IMG/VR virus record: IMGVR_UViG_3300020442_000013
Coordinates: 1 to 64,000 of that record
Reading direction: 5' to 3' (one strand)
Origin: a virus
DNA length: 64,000 nucleotides
Positions 28,961 to 36,456 of the stretch are shown here, piece by piece (positions within the stretch are counted from its first letter, which is position 1; each line of letters opens with the position of its first letter). The position numbers and the translations under genes were made by a program. The notes below the pieces were generated by a model. That model did not search any database. It was not told the origin of the DNA and saw only the letters and a list, made by a program, of their open reading frames with translations.

Positions 28961-29296
28961 ATGGCTACAAATAAAACTTTTACCGTTGCTGGTGTATCAA
29001 CTCTTAAAGGAGTGACGAAGGTTCGATTCGCGAACGACTTCGTAAGCAGAATCAAGGTTCTGGATAAGAACGGTCACACTGATGTGAACTTGAAGGAGTT
29101 CGATAAGGCGATGACCAAGGCAGAGATTTGCCAGACTTTGATCAACGATCCGGACTTCCAAGGTGAAGCCGCCCAAGGTGCCATCAGTGAGTTTGTGGTG
29201 AGAAACTGCAAAGACATGGCTCCTAAAAAGGCCACACCTGTGAGCGATACTGCTGACATGGAGACACAGGTTGACGTAGAGCTAGAGACAGCCTAA
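28961..29296 (+). CDS. Conserved phage protein
   Basis: FTVAGVS..G.TKVRFAND...RIKVL.KNGHTDV.L; own promoter. Confidence 0.7.
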   Translation: MATNKTFTVAGVSTLKGVTKVRFANDFVSRIKVLDKNGHTDVNLKEFDKAMTKAEICQTLINDPDFQGEAAQGAISEFVVRNCKDMAPKKATPVSDTADMETQVDVELETA

Positions 29297-29381
29297 ACAA
29301 CGTCAGGGGTGATGCCCAAATACATCCGACGGTGGCCAAGGTCAGCCACCACCCCCTTTAACAATATTCAATAGTGAGATA

Positions 29382-29468
29382 GCCGCCATGGTGGAATTGG
29401 TAGACACAACAGACTTAAAATCTGTCGGCCCTCGAGCTGTCCCGGTTCGAGTCCGGGTGGCGGCACCA
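29382..29468 (+). tRNA. tRNA-Leu (anticodon TAA)
   Basis: GCCGCCA/TGGCGGC acceptor, ACAGA-CTTAAAA-TCTGT, long variable arm, GTTCGAGTC, CCA. Confidence 0.93.
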
Positions 29469-29472
29469 CTCA

Positions 29473-29549
29473 CTGCCCTTAGCTCAGCTGGACAGAGCAA
29501 CGGCCTTCTAAGCCGTGGGTCCCGGGTTCGAATCCTGGAGGGCAGGCCA
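29473..29549 (+). tRNA. tRNA-Arg (anticodon TCT)
   Basis: CTGCCCT/AGGGCAG acceptor, ACGGC-CTTCTAA-GCCGT, GTTCGAATC, CCA. Confidence 0.93.
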
Positions 29550-30104
29550 ATGCAAAAAAAGATCCCCAATGGTATCAGCCAATTACCGGTAAACAACAGA
29601 TATCGTAGGGGATCTTTTTTCTTGTGTTCCCTAGGGTAGATGCTATTATATAAACATGATAAACAACACAGGAGACGATATGCAGACAGAGACCATTCAA
29701 GAGTTTTTGGCACGTGGCGGGAAGATCACCAGGCAACCGGAGACCAGGATACCTACCTGGAGCGAAGCATACGACGAGCTGGTGAAGTTGGCCTGGCATA
29801 CTTATGTCCCTCCACAACCTGAGGTAGTAGAGGAGGCCGAGTGATAGAGCTCGTGTTCATCAGTCAGGCCATCATGCTGGTGGCCTTAATCATCTTATCT
29901 CCATAATTGGCAAAAAAGAGGTTGACATCGACCGTAGGTTGTGCTACATTATAATTGAGGACCGGGGTGCTGGAACGGGAGGGCACGGAGCTCTGACTTT
30001 TTTAAGCCCAAAAAAAAAGATGACTTTTTGGCAAAATAAAGGTTGACCTTTAGATAAACTGGTGCTATAGTATAAACATAATAAGGAAACAGAAAGAGGG
30101 CAAA

Positions 30105-30455
30105 ATGACAAAATTCGCAATCCACACACAGGTTTTAGAGAACTATGGCGCACACGCAGAGGACGGCAAGTTTGCTTCCGGCAATGCGTATTGGAAGTTC
30201 AAGCCGGGTACCACTTACATTGTATCCGACTGTGAGCGGTTGCAGGATGCCGTTGCCTTTGTGATGGCGGCGTTTTCCGAGAACAGTATTGGCTGGAAAG
30301 AGTATCCATGCCATTACGAGACTGAGGGGGAGTGGTTAGCTGGCATGGCTGGCGACGACGAGGAGTACCAGCAGTTTCAGCAGGAGACTGCGATGAGGGT
30401 AAGTCCCAATTATGGGAAGAGTACCGTGAGGTACAAAGAGAAGGAGGCAGCGTGA
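30105..30455 (+). CDS. Conserved phage early protein
   Basis: TQ..ENYGAH....YWKFK.G..Y.V motif; own promoter; GAGGGCAA RBS. Confidence 0.75.
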   Translation: MTKFAIHTQVLENYGAHAEDGKFASGNAYWKFKPGTTYIVSDCERLQDAVAFVMAAFSENSIGWKEYPCHYETEGEWLAGMAGDDEEYQQFQQETAMRVSPNYGKSTVRYKEKEAA

Positions 30456-30623
30456 AGGGATTGATCATAGGGATCACTCTCGCGGTGGCGATGTATTGGA
30501 TATTGAGTATGTTCGCCACTTCGGTAGGATTATAATAAATTAGGGGTTGACATTGAGATCAACTGAGGCTATACTATAAAGACAATAAGGCATTAATTAA
30601 CACTTCAAATGAAAGAGGGCAAT

Positions 30624-31628
30624 ATGGAAAAGATTAGAATACTCGAAGGCACGTACAAGATCAGAGGGAACGACGTGGACCTCGCAGGCATGGTGTTCCC
30701 ACTAGTGGATCACTTCAAGGTAGGCGCCAAGGGCGGCTACGTTACGGTCGATGGTGCGGCTGTAGCTGGGTTCCCACAGAGGAACATCAAGATCGCTTGT
30801 GCTGGCGCTGACTCATATGAGGACGCAGGTTCAGCAAAGACAACCAAGCGAGAGGAGACGGACGAAGAGACGATCGAACGTTTACGTGAGCGATTCGAAA
30901 TGCTCGAGGACATGACCCGAGCAACCAAGAAGGGCGATGTGCGAGCAATGATCGTAAGTGGCCCTCCAGGAGTTGGCAAGAGCTTTGGTGTAGAGAAGGT
31001 GCTTGGCAAGCATGACTTGATCGCTACACTGGGTGACAAGCCTCCCAAGTATCAGGTTGTCAAGGGTGCTATGTCAGCAATAGGCCTCTACTGTAAATTG
31101 TACAACTATGCCGACAAGGACAATGTGTTGGTCTTTGATGACTGTGATTCGGTCTTCAGTGACGAACTCAGCCTTAACATATTGAAGGCGGCTCTTGATA
31201 GTAAGAAGAGCAGAACTATCCATTGGAACACAGATTCGTTCAAGTTGAGAAACGAAGGTGTGCCGGACAGTTTCGAATTCAAGGGTGGTGCGATATTCAT
31301 CACCAACATCAAGTTCGATAACGTTAAGTCGAAGAAGATGAGAGATCACCTAGAAGCTTTAGAGTCCAGGTGTCACTACATTGACTTGACTATCGATACT
31401 GATAGAGAGAAGATGCTGCGTATCAAGCAGATCACCAAAGACGGTATGCTTGATGAGTATCAATTGGGCAACGACGTGGTTGATGAGATCGTAGAGTTCT
31501 GCGAATCCAACAAGGCACGTCTAAGAGAATTGAGTTTGAGAACCGTGCTCAAGGTTGCTGACTTAGCTAAGGCATTCCCGGACAAGTGGGAAGCAATGGC
31601 TGAGAACACAGTGATGAAGCATGCATAG
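30624..31628 (+). CDS. P-loop AAA-like ATPase
   Basis: Walker A GPPGVGKS, Walker B VLVFDDCD, ALESR arginine-finger-like motif; own promoter. Confidence 0.85.
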   Translation: MEKIRILEGTYKIRGNDVDLAGMVFPLVDHFKVGAKGGYVTVDGAAVAGFPQRNIKIACAGADSYEDAGSAKTTKREETDEETIERLRERFEMLEDMTRATKKGDVRAMIVSGPPGVGKSFGVEKVLGKHDLIATLGDKPPKYQVVKGAMSAIGLYCKLYNYADKDNVLVFDDCDSVFSDELSLNILKAALDSKKSRTIHWNTDSFKLRNEGVPDSFEFKGGAIFITNIKFDNVKSKKMRDHLEALESRCHYIDLTIDTDREKMLRIKQITKDGMLDEYQLGNDVVDEIVEFCESNKARLRELSLRTVLKVADLAKAFPDKWEAMAENTVMKHA

Positions 31629-31640
31629 TTCGAACCGAAT

Positions 31641-31740
31641 GTGCTAGAGCCCAAGACTACGTGATTGCCCTCCGTAGCTGGCTCGCACAAGGTAGGGCGG
31701 AGCAGATGCCCTTAAGACTCCGCCCTACCATCCTTTTTAT
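31641..31740 (+). ncRNA. Candidate two-hairpin antisense sRNA / terminator with anti-GAGGGCA loops
   Basis: Hairpin 1 gtgc-gagcc-ctacg[tgattgccctc]cgtag-ggctc-gcac; hairpin 2 ggtagggcggag[cagatgcccttaaga]ctccgccctacc followed by a T-run. Confidence 0.55.
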
Positions 31741-31827
31741 CCCCGCATAGATATTGGTAAAATAAAGGTTGACCTTTAGGATTTTTGACTGTATACTCTT
31801 AGTATAACAATTAGGAAAGAGGGCAAT

Positions 31828-32154
31828 ATGAAGATAGAAGTAATCCACGCAGCGTTTGAAGACCAAGCAGAGACCGTAGCCACTGTAGAGTATGTGGGCA
31901 AGATCGATGCAGGACTTGAGTATGCATACAGATGGACGCAGAACATCATGGACAGCTGGAGCATGAAGATGCCACAAGACGGCAATGATGCTGTAACTGT
32001 AGTGAAGCCCCTGCATACAGATGAAGCTGGTAAACAGTGGGGACACAGATCAACATCAGTAGGAGACTATATGCGAGTAGGCGGAGAGCTGTTCCGTGTA
32101 GCTGGCATGGGCTTTGAGAACGCTGATGCAATCCAAACACGTCAAACTATATAA
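31828..32154 (+). CDS. Early hypothetical protein (RSTSVGD motif)
   Basis: LEYAYRWTQNI..SWS, HRSTSVGD..V..MGF; own promoter. Confidence 0.7.
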   Translation: MKIEVIHAAFEDQAETVATVEYVGKIDAGLEYAYRWTQNIMDSWSMKMPQDGNDAVTVVKPLHTDEAGKQWGHRSTSVGDYMRVGGELFRVAGMGFENADAIQTRQTI

Positions 32155-32166
32155 GGAGGACTTGAC

Positions 32167-32514
32167 ATGAATATAGAGCAATTACACATCGAAGCAACAC
32201 AGAACGCCAAGAATGCTGTGGGCAAGTTCCTAGCAGATTGGAACGCTAAGACAGGAGGCAACGAGTATGGTGAGCCTATGTACTGTGGCTTTGCTTGGGT
32301 AGATGTTAACGTGGGTAGAACTAACTCACAGTTGGCCAAACAACTAGCGGCGGTGGGCTTCCGTAAGAGCCATAGACCAAAGACTATGACACTATGGGAT
32401 CCAGCACAGCACAGAGGGCAGAGCATGGACTGCAAAGAGCAGGGTGCTTATGCATACGCTGACACACTAAGGGCCGCAGGCATTGATGCAAGTGCCGGCA
32501 GTCGAGCAGACTAG
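32167..32514 (+). CDS. Conserved phage protein
   Basis: CGFAWV...QSMDCKE.GA.AYA..L...GI; AGGAGG RBS. Confidence 0.7.
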   Translation: MNIEQLHIEATQNAKNAVGKFLADWNAKTGGNEYGEPMYCGFAWVDVNVGRTNSQLAKQLAAVGFRKSHRPKTMTLWDPAQHRGQSMDCKEQGAYAYADTLRAAGIDASAGSRAD

Positions 32515-32536
32515 AAAATAAAAAAAATCAAACGAG

Positions 32537-32565
32537 AAAAAGGTCCTTCGGGGCCTTTTTTTATT
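32537..32565 (+). terminator. Rho-independent terminator ending the early region
   Basis: aaaaaggtcc-ttcg-gggccttttttt. Confidence 0.8.
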
Positions 32566-33169
32566 TCTCACGGCTCGGGGGCACTCGGGGCTATATACGC
32601 AAAAATCAATTTGGGCTTAGTGGTCCTTAAGCCAAAAAAATGGGGTGAGTTAGAATCACCACCCAGAATCTGTAAGTACTTCCCTAGAAAAAAATACGCG
32701 GCAATTTTTTTGGGCTAAAAACCCATTTCGGATAAGTACTGTGTGAAGCACTTATCACTCAACCGTTTGATACGGGAAGTAGAACTCAACAACGATCGCA
32801 GACTTACAATAGCACAGAAGCTTGACCTCATGCGTTGCATACAGATAATCAAACGTTGTCGTAGGCTACGCAGACAGCAGTATGAAGCTCTAGTTGATTA
32901 TTTCACAAGACCTCCCGACTCAAGAGATCTCACTGTGCATGAACAGTGGCAAAAGACCATGACCATACTAGCACAAGGCTTGCATGATCGTCATGGCACG
33001 GTTGCTCGTCTTATGAACGCTCGTGTACTTACAGTTAAAAGTTGATGTGCCAGTATTCAATAACAGGATCGCATGTACAGCTTTTGCTTTCACGTTCGTA
33101 TATGTAAACACCTACAACGATCAATAGCACAAAGCTGATAACCAATAAACCACGTTCTGTAAACATAGC

Positions 33170-33373
33170 CTAAGTTTCTAGTGCGTTAAACATTCTACAC
33201 TTGTACTCAACAGAGTCCCATCGACTGTTCCTATCTCTAGGCATTTTTTGATATTCTGCTAGTACTGTTAAACATGTGCTTTGCTTGTCGTATAAATCTA
33301 TACGTTGGCTTACACACTCTCCTGAATTACATACTGTTAGGGTCAGTGCCCATAGTATCTGTAACATACGCAT
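33170..33373 (-). CDS. Small secreted Cys-containing protein
   Basis: WALTLTVC...C motif; TAAATA box adjacent. Confidence 0.45.
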   Translation of the reverse strand: MRMLQILWALTLTVCNSGECVSQRIDLYDKQSTCLTVLAEYQKMPRDRNSRWDSVEYKCRMFNALET

Positions 33374-33534
33374 ATTTATGCTATTTTAGGGTGGTTATGT
33401 GCTAGTATGGATAATTATATACAATAGCACTGACTAAATCATTATCGTGCTAGTAGTGTGTACAGACCTTGAGCAGTTCTAACAAATTTGCGATCATGAT
33501 ACTGTATAACAGTTAAATATATAAGAGAGAAACT

Positions 33535-33789
33535 ATGTATCAACTGTACACACTACGCCTTAACTTTGATGAGCCAGCTGTCTATATAGAAAAGTTTGAC
33601 AGGCTGGTATACACCAACGAACAGTACCAAGATGACATAACGTATGCATGTTGCATAGAGTTAGCCGCACGTGGTATATACTGCACACAGAGCAAACACA
33701 ATACTATTACGTTTGAGAACTCAAGGGACTACACATATGCTACGTTGTATCTAAGTGGCAGCACGGAATACACCGTAGAACACATCTAA
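33535..33789 (+). CDS. Hypothetical protein
   Basis: TAAATA box upstream; compact ORF. Confidence 0.5.
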   Translation: MYQLYTLRLNFDEPAVYIEKFDRLVYTNEQYQDDITYACCIELAARGIYCTQSKHNTITFENSRDYTYATLYLSGSTEYTVEHI

Positions 33790-33917
33790 AACCTTTTCTA
33801 AAGAGCCACGAAAACGGAATCCGCTATTTAAGACTATTTGCAGGGCTATGCTAGGGGTGTTGCGTACAGGTTGTCGCGAAACAGAATTTATATGTGTGAA
33901 TAGTAGTTGTGTACTGT

Positions 33918-33986
33918 AAAATTTTTGCTACCGCTTTTTTCTGCGAAAACACTTCGTGCTTTTTCTGCGTTAACCGCTTCGCGGCT
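33918..33986 (-). repeat. Right copy of the inverted element matching 23179-23210
   Basis: aaccgcttcgcggct (33972-33986) and aaaatttttgctaccgc (33918-33934). Confidence 0.75.
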
Positions 33987-34015
33987 GTTGCACACCCGCC
34001 CCGTGTAAATACAGT

Positions 34016-35026
34016 ATGAGATGTGGTTGGGCCGACAACATACTGGTAGTTGAAACAGATGGGTACACCAGAGCCTGTTGTACAGAACCAAGAGAAAGTG
34101 CAAGAATTGCACCCGTCAAAAATGGTATGTTGCAAGCATGGCAATCCATCAAACTACAACAACTTAGAAAAAATCTTGAAACAGGTTACAGTGATCAAAC
34201 TGAACCATACTGTTCACGTTGTAGGGAACTAGAAAATGCAGGTCAAGCAAGTCTGCGTACTGGGCAACCCATACTAGGTGATCCAGGAGAACTAAAAGCA
34301 ATACAGTTCAAACTTTCAAACGTATGTCAACTAGCATGTGCCCATTGTGGACCTGCCCTTAGCAGTCAACACAACAAATGGCGCAACGGTGGCTCAGGTG
34401 TTATTCGTTCAGTAGAAGACATACAACCAATCATACGAGATCTCAGAGAAGTATTACCACAACTTGAATGGATCAAGTTCACAGGTGGCGAACCTTGGCA
34501 TGACACGCAACATTGGCGTATACTAGAAGGTATCAAAGATTTAGATCGCAGTCATTTAGAATTACGTTACATTTCAAATGGTCTTGGCAAACCCTGGGAA
34601 CATCTTTGGGAAGGTTATAAAAACATTCGCATTGATATTAGTGTAGATGGACTTAGAAGTCGTTACGATTGGTTTCGTAGGAACAGTGATTATGAACGAG
34701 TGGTTCGTAAATTTGAATACTACAACATGAACTATGATGTTAAGATTGCTTGGTCTATGACACCGTGGACCGTAGAAGACTATGCGGAAGCAAGAGAAAT
34801 ATTTGACAACATGTATACCACGCCAGTTGTGTTTCCTATGTGGGCAAATCTAAAAATGGTACCCCAAGGACTTCTTGCACTACCAGCAGATACTCCAGGG
34901 CTAAACACAATGAAGGGTGATGCAACCAGTTTAGCAGTACTAAGAAATTGGAGTGAACGTTGGGATAAACGTTGGGGAACACTGGGTTGGGGTAAACAGT
35001 TGTATCCGTGGTTATATCATGTATAG
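34016..35026 (+). CDS. Radical SAM protein with N-terminal SPASM/twitch-like domain
   Basis: CQLACAHC, FTGGEP, ISVDG; N-terminal C..CC...C.RC. Confidence 0.85.
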   Translation: MRCGWADNILVVETDGYTRACCTEPRESARIAPVKNGMLQAWQSIKLQQLRKNLETGYSDQTEPYCSRCRELENAGQASLRTGQPILGDPGELKAIQFKLSNVCQLACAHCGPALSSQHNKWRNGGSGVIRSVEDIQPIIRDLREVLPQLEWIKFTGGEPWHDTQHWRILEGIKDLDRSHLELRYISNGLGKPWEHLWEGYKNIRIDISVDGLRSRYDWFRRNSDYERVVRKFEYYNMNYDVKIAWSMTPWTVEDYAEAREIFDNMYTTPVVFPMWANLKMVPQGLLALPADTPGLNTMKGDATSLAVLRNWSERWDKRWGTLGWGKQLYPWLYHV

Positions 35027-35056
35027 AGTAAATACAGTTATTAAGGATCAGCTACA

Positions 35057-35437
35057 ATGACAGCACTTGCAATATTCCTGTTGCTCACAGTAAAACACGC
35101 ACTATGCGATCTATTCCTGCAGAGTTATCTGCGTCTCAACAAAGGCCTATACACGGGTGGTTGGCCACACTATGCACAGCACGGAGTTGCCACACTTGCG
35201 GTACTGCTGCTGTTTGCTGATGTACAACTAGCAGTGGCTCTAGCTGTTGCAGACTTCCTAGCACATTGGCACATTGATTTTGCCAAGCACAGAATCATAC
35301 AAGCATATGAACGACACACTGGTGTTGACATGCAACGTTGGAATCGCAGTCTATATTGGTTTATACAAGCCGCAGATCAAATACTGCATTTTGTTACCTA
35401 CTATATATTGGCTGTAATTGTGCTTGGTGCTAGTTGA
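35057..35437 (+). CDS. DUF3307 membrane protein
   Basis: H.LCD.FLQ, H..HG, HWHID..K, DQILH. Confidence 0.8.
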   Translation: MTALAIFLLLTVKHALCDLFLQSYLRLNKGLYTGGWPHYAQHGVATLAVLLLFADVQLAVALAVADFLAHWHIDFAKHRIIQAYERHTGVDMQRWNRSLYWFIQAADQILHFVTYYILAVIVLGAS

Positions 35438-36174
35438 TCGGCCTGTTGTGTTTCAATGCTGAGGAACTCTCGTCGCCAACCCTGTAGAAAGTCAAGGCTT
35501 TCACCGTCCATGTGTTTGATGAACTTGTCCACGAATATGTCGTGGTTGTCACGACACATGTGATTCAGTCTTTGGTCTGGTAGGCTGTCCTGTGCGTACC
35601 ATGCTTCTCCGTGATCATGAGATATAAACTCATCCTTGCTTACATGTTGCATACAACCTATGATATCTCCACCAGGTACTGCTATAGGAAACTGCGATGG
35701 CTGATCAAAGCCTGGCAGTATGTACATGGTTATTTGATTGTGTCCCAGTACCCATCTCATAGTATTAAGATAGGCATAGTATGACTGTTGTCTAAGATTG
35801 TCTTTGGTGTCTGAGTGTATGTGTTTGATATAGGATTGCATGGCTTCTGATTCTTTGGCAGTTAGTATGCCTCTTTCAACCATGTTATCACGCATACCAA
35901 ACGGATTGCTTACAAAGGGTTTCTTTTCAAAGTACCAATAGCGATTGGCCTGTGTGGTCTGTACAATTACCACATCACCTGCTTGATAGTCCTGCATGTG
36001 CATGTTGAATTGGGTTAGTATCCAATCATTGCTTACACCAAACTCTCCTTTGCATTTCAGCGTGAGGTTCATGGCTTCGCTCAACTGCACACACCATTGC
36101 CAGTCTACCCAATTTTTGAAAATAGCTTCACTGGGTACACTAAAGCTATCTCCAAAGATCCATAAATTTTTCAT
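35401..36174 (-). CDS. SGNH/GDSL-like hypothetical protein
   Basis: IFGDSF, G.SN, late NH motif. Confidence 0.55.
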   Translation of the reverse strand: MKNLWIFGDSFSVPSEAIFKNWVDWQWCVQLSEAMNLTLKCKGEFGVSNDWILTQFNMHMQDYQAGDVVIVQTTQANRYWYFEKKPFVSNPFGMRDNMVERGILTAKESEAMQSYIKHIHSDTKDNLRQQSYYAYLNTMRWVLGHNQITMYILPGFDQPSQFPIAVPGGDIIGCMQHVSKDEFISHDHGEAWYAQDSLPDQRLNHMCRDNHDIFVDKFIKHMDGESLDFLQGWRREFLSIETQQADQLAPSTITANI

Positions 36175-36455
36175 TGTTGATACATAACCTTTTGTCCTAT
36201 TACTCTGGGTTGAGTTAGACTAGGACTTACTTCTACCATTGCACAGCTTAGGTATTCAACACCCACTGGCTCGCCAAACTTCTTTGTGCCATGATCAACA
36301 ACACCGTTTAGCAGTTTATCTCCATAGCCATCAAAAAACTGTTCGCATCTTTGATAGCTGTCAAAAGTTATTTGCCAACTGTATAGATTTTCTTTGTTGG
36401 CTGGTTCCGAAATGTAAAATAAGGTTGCTAAAAAAATAAATGTAATGTTTGTCAT
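36171..36455 (-). CDS. Hypothetical protein
   Basis: Operon context. Confidence 0.5.
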   Translation of the reverse strand: MTNITFIFLATLFYISEPANKENLYSWQITFDSYQRCEQFFDGYGDKLLNGVVDHGTKKFGEPVGVEYLSCAMVEVSPSLTQPRVIGQKVMYQQ

Positions 36456-36456
36456 A

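Larger units (their letters stand above)
10928..31800 (+). promoter_or_regulatory. Array of about 26 plus-strand early sigma70 promoters with a shared upstream element (ttggYaaaataRaGG-TTGACw-17nt-TAtaCT/TATAGT)
   Basis: -35 boxes start at 10928, 11642, 12466, 13609, 14769, 15254, 15655, 16603, 17972, 19642, 20457, 20974, 24613, 24814, 25396, 25891, 26283, 27385, 27664, 27889, 28355, 28882, 29922, 30043, 30547, 31769; 17-nt spacers in those checked. Confidence 0.9.

Noticed and set aside
29300-29358. Hairpin before tRNA-Leu as a second anti-GAGGGC RNA
   Set aside because: Only GATGCCC matches and it is partly paired; better explained as a processing or terminator stem.
11626-31800. Recurring TTGGCAAAATAAAGGTTGAC as a CRISPR or attC-type array
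   Set aside because: Spacing is irregular (100-3600 bp), copies are degenerate, and each is followed by a 17-nt spacer, a -10 box and usually an RBS plus ORF: these are promoters.
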